A DNA stretch of 63,910 nucleotides, the filler included, from Octopus bimaculoides (Eukaryota): NCBI RefSeq assembly GCF_001194135.2. It is 4 parts of 4 records of this genome, joined end to end, with 100 filler letters (N's around TTAATTAATTAA, not from the genome) between each part and the next. Parts side by side here need not be neighbours in the genome. Positions count along the whole stretch, not along the records: positions 42,156 to 62,110 come from NC_068983.1; positions 62,211 to 63,910 come from NW_026362239.1; 2 more parts are not named here. One strand, written 5' to 3'. Made by a program: the position numbers and the translations under genes. Below, piece after piece: positions 52,451-63,420 of this stretch (the stretch's first letter is position 1; each line of letters begins with the position of its first letter). Below the pieces are notes generated by a model. That model saw only the letters and a list, made by a program, of their open reading frames with translations, did no database searches and was not told the origin of the DNA.

Positions 52451-52898
52451 TTTTACTCTTTTATTTGTTTCAGTCATTTGACTGCGGCCATGCTGGAGCA
52501 CCGCCTTTATAGTCAAGTAAATCGACCCCAGGGCTTATTCTTTGTAAGCCTAGTACTTATTCTATCGGTCTATTTTGCCGAACCGCTAAGTTACGGGGAC
52601 ATAAATACACCAGCATCGGTTGTCAAGCAATGCTGGGGGGGACAAACAGACACACAAACACACACACACATACATATATATATATACGTACATATACGAC
52701 GGGCTTCTTCCAGTTTCTGTCTACCAAATCCACTCACAAGGCTTTGGTCAGCCTGAGGCTATAGTAGAAGACACTTTCCCAAGGTGCCACGCAGNNNNNN
52801 NNNNTATAGTAGAAGACACTTTCCCAAGGTGCCACGCAGTGGGACTGAACCCAGGACCATGTGGTTGGTAGGCAAGCTACTTACCACACAACCACTCC
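52451..52898 (-). mobile_element. CORE-SINE family B, full length, tail-to-tail with the family A copy
   Basis: Complete copy: head ggagtggttgtgtggtaagtagc...gggttcagtcccactgcgtggcaccttggg. It contains a 35-bp assembly duplication around a 10-N gap. Confidence 0.92.
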
Positions 52899-54009
52899 TG
52901 CGCCTATATAAGTGCTTTATATAACTGATTTGGCTGTTTTCACTGCACAAAAGTATATCTTGGTTTAAATGTAAAGTCCAAGTAAAACAAGAAAAGTACT
53001 TACATCATCTTAAACAGCTTATCAGTGTCGTAATACTGTTTGCATTGGTGCTGTTATTAGTATCAGCCATTTTCATACTAGTGGAATTCCATATGATGTA
53101 AGATATATTTTTTGTCTGATCTGAGTAATGCTACAAAAGGTACTAAAAGGTATTTCTTGGAAGAAATAAACTAGTTGCTGATTTAAGCTGGAGAAGCCAG
53201 CCTAATTGTAAGAAAAAAATGTTCAAAATGACATTTTAAACTGTACTCTATGCCTACATGTCTTATGTTGATGATGCCATCATTTTTTTAATGTATGTAT
53301 GTCATTATTCAGTTTTGTTTCAAGATTTTCACTAATAAAGAAAGAGTCGGTTTCTAACATAGATCCATGTCTCCTTCATTGGAATTTCAACGTCAACAAC
53401 AGGGTATTTACGTATGTATGTATGTATGTATGTATGTATGTATGTATGTATGTATGTATGCATGTATGTATGTACAGATGTGTATGTTCTACGTATGTAT
53501 TCTCATGCATATAATTGCATATCTAGACATGCTCTATGTATGTATGTATGTATGTATGTACATGTGTTTGTGTGTGTGTAGATGTATGTAAATGTGTGTG
53601 TGTATGTATGTATGTGTGTATACATTCATTCATGCATACATGTATGTGTGTATACATTCATTCATGCATACATGTATGTATGCTTGCATGCATATTTCTT
53701 TTAATGAATCTGTGCTTTTGAGCAAAAGTATTTCATGGCATTTTGTTCCATGTTAGTTGCACAGGCATATCTTTGGCACTGTTGCCTTCATAAATACCAT
53801 TTAACCCATGATTGGTTCATTGGAAACTTGTAATCAATGAGGCAGTTGTTCACAAATTAGAAAATAAAAATAAAACATTTAAATTTATGATTTGACAACC
53901 AAATTCTTACATCCTCTTTCAAGTGAAAGACTTCATTCACCAAAACTATAGAGGTTCGTGAGGAGTGAGTCATGTCAATTAGCACTGGATAATGATAGCT
54001 ACATTAATT

Positions 54010-54176
54010 GATAGATAGATAAATAGACAGATAGATAGACAGACAAACAGATATACAGACAGATAAATAGATAAGTAAATAGAGCGATAGACAAAGAGAC
54101 AAATAGACAAACATAAATAGGCAAATAGTTAGCTAAGCAGACAGACAAACAAAGACAGACAAACAAAGACAGACAA

Positions 54177-54237
<61 letters not shown>

Positions 54238-54250
54238 CAGATAGATAGAC

Positions 54251-54313
<63 letters not shown>

Positions 54314-54328
54314 CAGATACATAGATAG

Positions 54329-54350
<22 letters not shown>
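54010..54350. repeat. (AGAT)n/(AGAC)n microsatellite
   Basis: Direct reading. Confidence 0.97.
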
Positions 54351-54359
<9 letters not shown>

Positions 54360-54411
54360 TAGAGAGAGAGAATAGAGGAGAAACAAGACTACATAAGCAC
54401 TCTCTTGTTAA

Positions 54412-54622
54412 CCCTATTGTTGCCATATTTCTGTTGAGATGATCTGTGTTACTTTCAATTAATTTTAAGTATAACAAAAAATTTAGTAAAATAACTTAGT
54501 TATCATTAAGCTAGTGTTAGGAACATAAATTGTGATGAAGATTTTTAATTCAGAACTTCTGAAAACAAGACATTTGTACTACAGAGTCAGAGGTGGTTTC
54601 AGCCGGGTTGGTATCGAAAGGG
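54412..54622. mobile_element. piggyBac-type MITE (TTAA target, CCC termini)
   Basis: TTAA|CCCTATTGTTGCCA ... TGGTATCGAAAGGG|TTAA; the TIRs match at 10 of 14 positions; 211 bp long. Confidence 0.7.
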
Positions 54623-54809
54623 TTAAGCACTATGAGAGAAAGGGTAGTTAGCGACTTGCAAAACCATTCAGGTAACTGTCATCCTGAGAGTAAACAGTCT
54701 GATAGTGAGGAGCAAGACTGAGCCACACCAAGCAAAACCTGTAAACATTATATTAGAGATGCTAAAGGTAAAAAAACCCACATGAGCAACAACTTAACTA
54801 AGCAATCTT

Positions 54810-55310
54810 GAGGGAGGGAGAGATGGAAAGAGAGAAGGAGGGGAAGGGGAGAGAGAGGAGAGAGAAAGAGAGAGATGAAAAGAGAAAGAGGGGAGAGGAG
54901 GAAGAAAGTAAGGGAGAGGGGGAGAAGAGAGAAGAAAAGAGAAAAGAAGAGAAAGAGGAAAAGAGAAAAAAAGAGAGAAATGGAGAGAAGGGAATGGAGA
55001 GGGGATAGAGAAGGGAGATGAGAGGGGAGAGAGAAGGGAGGGAGAGAGGAGAGAGAAGGGAGAGGAGAGAGAAGGGAGGGGAGGAAGAAAGAGGAGGAGG
55101 GGAATAGAAATAGAGGGAGAAAGTGTGAAAGAAAGGAAGAGAGAGGAGAAAGAGGGAGGAGAGAGAAAGATGAATATAGAGAGAGAGGGAGAGGGAGAGG
55201 GAGAAGAAAAGAGAAAAGAATAGGAAGAAGAAGAGAAAGAAGAAAAAGGAAGAAGAAAAGGGAAAAGAAGAAGAGAGAGAGAGAGAAAATGAGAGAAGTG
55301 GTGATGGATA
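54810..55310. repeat. Polypurine (GA-rich) tract
   Basis: The plus strand is almost purely A/G; it explains the Leu/Ser/Phe-rich ORFs at 54748-55383. Confidence 0.92.
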
Positions 55311-55459
55311 TAGAAACTGTGGCCCAATTAAAAAGGTGATGAAAGAGATAAAGAAACACAGAGAGACAAGAAGTTTGCATCACCCAACTGTAAAGGTGTT
55401 CTCTTCAATAAACATGGTGTATCCCTGGGTAACACTCTTCTTTTTGTTTAGACTATTAT

Positions 55460-55635
55460 GTCTAATTATTGGCTCATGGCCAGCAATTTTGAGGGGAGGG
55501 ATAAGTAAATTACATCAACTACTGGTGGTTAGCTAATGTTATTTTATTGACCCCCTGAAGGAATAAAGGGCAGAGTCAAGTGTTAGAATTTGAACTCAAA
55601 ACATTTAGAGTTGGAAAAAATGCTTGGTAGATATT
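55460..55635 (-). mobile_element. SINE family A, diverged
   Basis: ggccagcaattttgaggggaggga...ttattttattgacccc..gaagga-taaagggcagagtc...gaatttgaactcaaaac. Confidence 0.7.
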
Positions 55636-55689
55636 TAACATCATTTCTGGAATAACTCTGAAATTTAATTTCACAATAAAAGAGTTAAA

Positions 55690-56095
55690 GGTGGAAGATA
55701 CATGAAGTTAGAATAAAAATGAGGTGAGCAAATGCCACTGGATATGTGATATCAACGTGCATGAAAGACAGAGCACTAATGAGGTAACAGAAAAAAATGG
55801 TATAAAAGGAATCAGGTGTATGTGAAAGAGAAGACTGTACTGTTAAGGACATGAAATGTGTACCAATGGTGTATGTTGGGTGTGAATAAAATCCAGCTGT
55901 TCAAGTAGTTGCAACTTGTAGACAAAGAAGATCGAAGAAGGCATGGGAAGATCCAGTGAAAGCTGACTTCAGAATGCTGAACTTCATGAAAGAAATAACA
56001 AGAAGCCATAACAAGTGATGAAATGCAGTGTTGGAGAAAACTCATCTAACCCATGCAAGCACAAGAAAAAAAAATGCAAAAGAATGACGATGCTG
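55690..56095 (+). mobile_element. RTE LINE, C-terminus and 3' UTR
   Basis: EVSKCHWICDINVHERQSTNEVTEKNGIKGI..KRRL..GHE / RQRRSKKAWEDPVKADFRML...EIT...AVLEKT, followed by a ctaacccatgcaagca...gacgatg tail. Confidence 0.75.
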
Positions 56096-56104
56096 TAACA
56101 TATA

Positions 56105-57791
56105 TGAGGTACATTCCAAAAGTTTAGAGACTGTTTTTAGGAGAGGCTGTTATAACTTGTTTTTCTTGTACACAACAATTTAATCTTTTGTTTATTTATT
56201 AACATGTTTTTACTGGAAGAAAAGAAAGAGAAAAACATTTAAAGTATGAAACATCAAATTATTTTTAAAAAATCCCCAAACTATCTCAGCAAGGAAACAA
56301 AGAAAAAGAATAGAAAGGTGGTAAAATTAAGCAGCAAAAGATAGCAGGAAGGGAGTAACAGGTTGTATGTCTCAGACAAAATGGTGTTTTTAGTCAAACA
56401 TATTTGCAAAGGAATTGCTGCAGAGAATGGCTAGCAACACTCGCTGTTTCAACCACTCCACCTCACAGAGCTCATTTCCCAAATGACACTTATAATAACT
56501 ATTGTAGATATAATTTTAGTATATCATTACTACATGTCTAATAGGCTGACCTGCTGACTTTTGTTATTGGAAATTGTAAGAGAAAGCTGCAACAGCACTT
56601 TGAACATACCCTATAAAATACTGCTTGTCATTGGTGACTAGTGTGCAGAATGCAGTTGGGATGTGAAGACAATTTGGACGCTTAGAGATGTTTCCTTCTT
56701 GAGCCATGCCAGGCTCATGAGGGCCAGTCTCTCTGGTTTCAATGGCATGTATATTCCCCACCTGGATGGGATACCAGTCAGTTGTAGGTTTACTCATTTT
56801 TGCCAGCTGAGTGGACTGGAGCAATGTGAAATGAGGTTGTTTTGCTCACGAATACAATGCGTTGCTCGGTCCAGGAATTGAAACCACAATCTTATGATCA
56901 TGAGTAGAACATCCTAACCACTAAGCCACATGCCTCCACTAATTTGGAAGCTTGCTATGCAATAAAGTTTAATATACATCTAATTGGCTGACCTGTAGTC
57001 TTTTGTTATTCAAGATTGTAGGAGACAGCTGTAACAGCACTTTGTACACACCCTATAAAACATTGCTTATCATTAGTGATTAGTATGCAGATGGCAAGAT
57101 GGTGTGAGGGCTGTTCCTATGGCATTAAGGTAGATTTGGCCACCCCCGTTAATGGGGACAAACCCAGATTCAAAACACTGGATGACATGACATAAGATGT
57201 CATTAAATTGGGCAAAAATGCTACAGAAACTTATGAACTGCTCCAGACTGCTGATAGATCGACTTGTATGAACCAAGCATATTTTTTACAAGTACATGAG
57301 GCCAGACAAAGCAAGTTCACAGAGAAATTCATGATGATACCCTTTTTTTTGGTAGCAAGGGTATCATCTACATCTAGTGGTCAAATGGTCAACAAACAGT
57401 ACACTGTAGAAGTTTTGAGAGAGTTCAGGAAGAGATTTTATTGCAAAAGGCCAGAACACCTGTACTAGGATAATGCACCAGTCCACAATTCCATCCTGGT
57501 TACCAACAACTTAACAGAGACAGGCATCAAAACTGTTCCTTACCCTCCCAACAGTCCAGACTTTGATCCCGTGACTTTTGATTGTTCCCCAAGCTGAAGG
57601 TGGCTGTAACAAGAGCCCTGGACACCTTCACTTTGGAGGACTTCCATGGGTCCTCCAAAAATTGGCTGGAACACTACAATACATGCATTGAAGTCAGCGC
57701 ATCCTACTTTGAAAGTAATAAGAGTTTTTGCACCACTTTGAAATTAATAAATGTCTCACCTGAAAATGTCTGGAAACTGGAATGCACCTTG
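56105..57791 (+). mobile_element. Rearranged mariner (DD34D-type) remnant with nested insertions
   Basis: KLGKNATETYELLQTA..CMNQA (57205-57280), VNKQYTVEVLREFRKRF..KRPE / *DNAPVHNSILVTNNLTETGIKTVPYPPNSPDFDP / FPKLK / DFHG...LEHYNTCI....YFE. The putative TIRs tgaggtacattccaaaagtttagagact (56105) and gtctggaaactggaatgcaccttg (to 57791) are imperfect complements. Confidence 0.75.
56683..56940 (-). mobile_element. CORE-SINE family C (body variant 3), inserted with a 12-bp target-site duplication
   Basis: Head ggaggcatgtggcttagtggttagg...gtttcaattcctgg and CORE atttcacattgctccagtccactcagctg. It is flanked by aatttggacgct (56671-56682) and aatttggaagct (56941-56952). Confidence 0.85.
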
Positions 57792-57865
57792 AATGTGCAC
57801 ATTAAAAAAAAATTGAATGGGTACATCTGAAAACTTTTTGTTAAAAGTTTACTTGATGGAGGTTG

Positions 57866-57935
<70 letters not shown>

Positions 57936-57952
57936 TGATAATAATAACAATG

Positions 57953-58036
<84 letters not shown>
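57866..58036. repeat. (AAT)n microsatellite continuous with a SINE tail
   Basis: Direct reading. Confidence 0.98.
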
Positions 58037-58038
<2 letters not shown>

Positions 58039-58200
58039 CCTTTCTACTATAGCCACAAGGCCTGAAATTTTGGGGGAGAGAGTCTAGTCGATTGTATCAA
58101 TCCCAATGCATAACTGGTACCTATTTCATCAACCCTGAAAGGATGAAAGGCAAAGTCGACCTCAGCAGAATTTGAACTCAGAACATAAAGTTGGACAAAA
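58034..58200 (-). mobile_element. SINE family A, 3' part (type-1 tail)
   Basis: atcctttctactatagccacaaggcctgaaatt...gaaaggatgaaaggcaaagtcgacctcagcagaatttgaactcagaac. Confidence 0.88.
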
Positions 58201-58601
58201 AATGATAATAACAATAAAAGCAAAAACAATAACCATCACCATAGTTAAACACATAATAAAGTGTATAATTATTTACTCTGGAAAATGTTTTTTTTTTTCT
58301 CTAAAGATCAAACTTTTGGATTAAACCTTAACTAATCAACAAGAACCTACACAAAATTCTTCCTACTTCCATTCTTTTTCACTGGCTTTGTGTCTTTCCC
58401 CTCTCTCCCTCTCATCATCTTCCTCTTTCTTTTCCCCTTCTCTTTCTCCATTCTCCTCCCACTTTTCTTTGTGTATCACTTGGAGTCATTCTTCCATACA
58501 GACTGTTACAGTTAAGAGTTAATTGTAATTGGTTTTCCACTGGAGATTCACATTTCAAGTAACAAATTTTTCAATTCAAATGCTAAAATGATAATAACAT
58601 T

Positions 58602-58801
58602 AATGATTTCAATTTTTTGCCACAAGGGCAGCTTGGGAGAGGGGATTAAGTTGATTACATGAACCCCAGTGTGTAACTGGTACTCCTTTAATCAACCCGG
58701 AAAGGATGAAAGGTAAAGTTGAGCTCAGTGAAATTTGAATTCATAAAGTAGTGGCACACGAAATACTGCTAAGCATTTTGCCCGGTGTACTAACAATTCT
58801 G
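58602..58801 (-). mobile_element. SINE family A, near full length (type-2 tail)
   Basis: Colinear with the copy at 8245; most CpGs are converted to TG/CA. Confidence 0.85.
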
Positions 58802-59355
58802 AATAATAATAATAACAGCAACAACAACAATAATAAGGATAAAAAAAAATTAAAAAGTTATAAATCTCCTAAAAATAAATTAATTAAAATAAAAGATGTA
58901 AATAATATAAATGAAAATAGATCTAAAATAAAATAAAATTATGAAAAAGAGAAAAGATAACAAAAATTAAGTCATAATTTTCTTAATTATTTACATTTAT
59001 AATTTTTACAGGTTGATAATTTTATAAATAAATAATTTTTATTAACATTTTCTGTGCGAGCTGATGCGAGTGCACATATGTATATGTGTGTATGTGTGTG
59101 TGTGCATGTGTGTGTGAGTGCATGTGTTTGAGTGGCTGATTAAAAAGAAAGAAGAGTTCATATAAATACATATATATATATATATATATATATANNNNNN
59201 NNNNNNNNNNNNNNNNNNNNNNNNNNNNNNNNNNNNNNNNNNNNNNNNNNNNNNNNNNNNNNNNNNNNNNNNNNNNNNNNNNNNNNNNNNNNNNNNNNNN
59301 NNNNNNNNNNNNNNNNNNNNNNNNNNNNNNNNNNNNNNNNNNNNNNNNNNNNNNN

Positions 59356-59441
59356 ACTACTGATTTCAAAACTACAAATTATTACTCCAGATTGATAGCT
59401 ATCAATCTGGAGTAACAATTTGTAGTTTTGAAATCAGTAGT
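59356..59441. repeat. 86-bp spacerless palindrome
   Basis: Two 43-bp arms centred on AG|CT with a single mismatch. Confidence 0.95.
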
Positions 59442-59512
59442 TCTTTGACTGCTATTTCTGAATTCTCAGTATGTTGGAGAAGCAGGTTACTGTCAATCCC
59501 TATACATTTATG

Positions 59513-59557
<45 letters not shown>

Positions 59558-60261
59558 CGCTTCAACTTCTGGTGGAATAAACAATTGAAATAGAGGGAGA
59601 AGTGTTTCTTTACTCATTAAAAAACATCCAAACACCATCAAGGAAAGTTTATTTAACACGTTTTACTGAAAAGACAGATTGTGTGATTGAGCATGTAATC
59701 TGTAAAGCCTACTTCTTCAAGTACCCACCTGCCAGCACAACTACAAATAAATTCAGCTTCAGGACACAAAAATGCTCCCTGCCTGGCCAAAGAAAGAATT
59801 TGGGAATTTTGAAACTGATTTGATAAATAACATTAAAAAAAAAAAGATTTCCGCATTGTTCTAGCTCCTTTCTAATTTCTTAAAACATATCCATGGTATA
59901 CTTCAAACCAATGTAAACACTCTTGACAACAAACAAAGACCCACACAAACAAGTACCATCGTGCATGAAAGACCTTTTACTAACACCATCATCCCATGAA
60001 GCTAATACTTTAACATGCAACATTTTAAACACTGAAATGAAGGAGATTACCATCTTTCAAAACAAAAGAAAGAATATGTGGACTGTCTCACCAGGTAGTT
60101 CCATATCATTCTTAAAGACCACACCTATTGAATAGTTTATTAACTTATTCCATTTTTAGGTGTCGTCATTGGTCAAAAATTTTCTGAAGACAATAGTCTG
60201 TCATTCAAAATACTTTCTAATTTACTTTTACAGATATCTGTGTTTAATACGTAGTATATGC

Positions 60262-60478
60262 AAGGCAGCAAGCTGGTAAAATAGTTAGCACACTGAGCAG
60301 AATGCTTTGTGGCTTTTTGTCCATCCTTACACTCTGAGTTCAAAAACTGCTGAGGTAGACTTTGCCTTTCATCCTTTTGGGGTGAAATAAATGCCAGTTG
60401 AATTCTGGAGTTGATGTAATCAACTTATTCCACTCCCTCAAAATTGCTGGTCTTGTGCCAAAATTTGAAACTAATACA
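60262..60478 (+). mobile_element. SINE family A, full length (type-2 tail), CpG-decayed
   Basis: aaggcagcaagctggtaaaatagttagcacactg...gagttcaaa...gactttgcctttcatcctttt...cttgtgccaaaatttgaaacta. Confidence 0.85.
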
Positions 60479-60588
60479 AGGTATATAGGCTTATCTGACT
60501 TGCTGGTGAGGTTGATAAGCACAATACAAGCACCCTAAAGTTGCACTATTAAAAAGAAACCCTCAATAATGTGGCATCATTTTACAAT

Positions 60589-61021
60589 GGAGTGGCTATG
60601 TGGTAAGTAGCTTGCTTACCAACCACATGGTTCTGGGTTCAGTCTCACTGCGTGGCACCTTGGGCAAGTGTCTTCTACTAGGCCGACCAAAGCCTTGTGA
60701 GTGGATTTAGTAGACAGAAACTGAAAGAAGCCCATTGTATATATATATATATATATGTATGTGTGTTTGTGTGTCTGTGTTTGTTCCCCCACCATCAGTT
60801 GTGTGTTTGTGTGTGTGTGCTTGTACCACCACCATTGCTTGACAACTGATGGTGGTGTGTTTACGTCCTCGTAACTTAGCGGTTTGGCAAAAGAGACCGA
60901 TAGAATAAGTACTAGGCTTACAAAGAATAAGTCCTGGGGTCGATTTGCTCGACTAAAGGTGGTGCTCCAGCATGGCTGCAGTCAAATGACTGAAACAAGT
61001 AAAAGAGTAACGAGTAAAGAG
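60589..61021 (+). mobile_element. CORE-SINE family B, full length
   Basis: ggagtggctatgtggtaagtagcttgc (A-box-like), gggttcagtctc (B-box-like), gcaccttgggcaagtgtctt (CORE-like), an internal (TA)(TG) tract and the tail gcagtcaaatgactgaaacaagtaaaagagtaa. Confidence 0.92.
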
Positions 61022-61177
61022 TTAATCTGTAAACTTTTACTGGTGTTATTGTTGTAGATGCAGTAGATGTTGCTTAGTCCTGATATGGCAAACTTAGGAT
61101 TGAAAGGCCTTCATGCTGTGACTTACTTTTTATTATTTCAGAGACTATGTTATATTGCTTAATATTCCCAACACTGA

Positions 61178-61388
61178 GGATGGCAGGCTGGCAGAATCAT
61201 TAGCATGTCGGGTAAAATGCTTAGTGGCATTTCATCCATTTTTACATTCCGAGTTCAAATTCTGGTTGACTTTGCTTTCATCATTCCAGGGTCAATAAAA
61301 TAAGTATTGGCTGAACATTGGGGTTGATATAATCGACTTAATCCATCCCCTGAACTTGCCAGCCTTGCACCAAAATTTGAAAACAATA
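61178..61388 (+). mobile_element. SINE family A, full length (type-2 tail)
   Basis: gctggcagaatcattagcatgtcgggtaaaatgcttag...gagttcaaattc...caccaaaatttgaaaacaata. Confidence 0.85.
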
Positions 61389-61589
61389 TGCTGAGTATTA
61401 TTTAGGTTTATAAAGTCATATTTGGAGGATCATTCAAGAAGTTCCAGAAAAATTGTTTCTATTAATGATTATTTGCCATGATGCCTAGCACTCCTCACCG
61501 TCTCTATATCTATGTCTCTTTTGTCAAGTGTCTCTCATTTTCTAAATCTCCTGATTCCACTATTCCAAAAAGGAAGAAAGATTTTCTCC

Positions 61590-61740
61590 TACTCTAGGCA
61601 CAAGGCCCGAAATTTTTGGGGGAGAAGGCCAATCGATTAAATCAATCCCAGTATGCAACTAGTACTGAATTTACTGACCCAGAAACGATGAAAAACAAAG
61701 TCAACTGCAGAGGAATTTGAACTTGGAACGTAAAGACACA
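61590..61740 (-). mobile_element. SINE family A, 3' part (type-1 tail)
   Basis: ctaggcacaaggcccgaaattt...aaagtcaactgcagaggaatttgaacttggaacgtaaagac. Confidence 0.8.
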
Positions 61741-62110
61741 CAACATTTTTTTAAATATTGAAAGAGAAAAACAACATTTGACATCACCCAAATGTATTTA
61801 AAAAATTAGTCTTTTACTAATACTATTGTTCTTTTAAAAACTTCGTTCACTTTACTTTTGGTTAGCACCAATCCATTTAAACCTTCTGCCTTTCTCCATT
61901 TTCTTTCTTGACCTGCAGTATTGTTTGAGAGAAAGCTAGTTGCTATTTCTAAAAATAAATGTTACCCAAATCTCCCCTGTAAGGCAGTGAATAACAATAA
62001 TGATGGGTGTGTGTGTGTGTGTGTGTGTGTATTTGTATGTGTGTATATATATATATATATGTATACATACACACACACACATTTATATACATATGCATGT
62101 GTGTATATAT

Positions 62111-62210
62111 NNNNNNNNNNNNNNNNNNNNNNNNNNNNNNNNNNNNNNNNNNNNTTAATTAATTAANNNNNNNNNNNNNNNNNNNNNNNNNNNNNNNNNN
62201 NNNNNNNNNN
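62111..62210. other. Artificial scaffold-join spacer N44-TTAATTAATTAA-N44
   Basis: Identical to the spacers at 28226 and 42056. Confidence 0.95.
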
Positions 62211-62244
62211 ATATACATATATATGTATATATGTACGTATATAT

Positions 62245-63420
62245 CAGGCACGTGCCGTCAGTAATTACTCAGTGTAGGCAGTTGGTGAACTTTATGTAGT
62301 AACCTATCATCGAAAGATTTGTGAGTAGATAAAAGGATAAAAATATTTTAAAAGTTTACTTCGTAATTATATTAGCCTATTTGTACGAGAATTCCATTGT
62401 TTTCTCTTTCTTTGTAGAAAAATATGTCACTTTTTCATAGAAATTGAAAGTAGTACTTTGCTCCATTTTGTTGAGGTATTCCTTTTCAATGGATATTAAA
62501 GCAAGTAACGCAAGTCCTTGATTTGTCATTCTCTTCCTAGTGTAGCTCTTAATTCTTTTCAAAGCAGAAAACGACCTTTGCACTCTCAAGTAAATTCATT
62601 GTTCCATTAATACTCTCAATGCAGAATGAAATGTCTATCATTTTGGTTTGTAGGACATTAAAAAGAGTGCCAGTTTTAATGAAAATTTCATTATAAACTA
62701 TCAGAAAAAAGTATGTTGAGTCTTTTGTTAGCCACTCATAAAACCCGTTGCTTCTCACTAAAGTATCTGGATCCCACAACGAAGGATTATTGTTCATACT
62801 GTCGAAGAGTTTGCAAAGGTCACCATGGTATTGTAAAATAGTCTGGATTAGTTTTGAATTCGAACTACATCTCGTTGGTGCTGCCTTTGGAATGCGTTTT
62901 CTCACTAGATCACCAAGACGTTGCGTTTCGTTTTGTAGGGTGATGATAAAATGAGGCAAGTACCTCACTGGTCTTGAAAAAGCTTGTACATTCAGGTATG
63001 AATTCTGCCGACTGAGAACAAGATTTAACTTATGAGCATAGCAGTGAGTAAAGAAAGCTGCTGATGCCTTTTCTCGCACTTTAACTTGAACACCATTTAA
63101 ATTGGATGCCATCACTATGGCTCCATCGTAATTCTGTGCTACAAGTTTCTCACAACAGTCGTATTTATCCAAATCATTAAATACACGCTCTTTTACACCT
63201 CCAACAGTTCTATCCTTAAGAATATCAAATCCTATAAAGACTTCTTTGATATCAGAGTCTAACACGTATCTCAATACTGTAAAACACTGAGCTGTACATG
63301 AAATATCAGTCGTTTCATCCACTTCTATGGAAATGAACAAGGCTTGTGCGACTTCTTCTTTAATATTCTTTTCTACGATCGTGCCTACTGCTTCTATCAA
63401 GTCATTTCGTATATTATTAG
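62245..63420 (-). pseudogene. hAT-superfamily transposase pseudogene (ZMYM1-like/DUF4371 type) with a probable 3' TIR
   Basis: SNNIRNDLIEA, ISIEVDETTDIS, VAQNYDGA.VM.S...GVQ and THCYAHKLNL motifs, plus a C-terminal dimerisation motif RSFSALKRIKSY.R..M....L..LALISIEKE in another frame. CAGGCACGTGCCGTCAG at 62245 looks like a hAT TIR. Confidence 0.88.

Noticed and set aside
52760-52839. Exact 35-bp direct repeat flanking a 10-N gap inside a SINE
   Set aside because: This is the classic signature of unmerged overlapping contig ends; the other family B copies have only one copy of the segment.
53605-53680. ~32-bp tandem duplication (gtatacattcattcatgcatacatgtatgt)
   Set aside because: Ordinary slippage within a degenerate (TATG)n field.
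59923-60260. 70-aa non-repetitive ORF with a possible CAG|GTAGTT donor and a short intron to a following open frame
   Set aside because: No recognisable domain, the splice signals are only moderate, and it cannot be distinguished from chance without transcripts.
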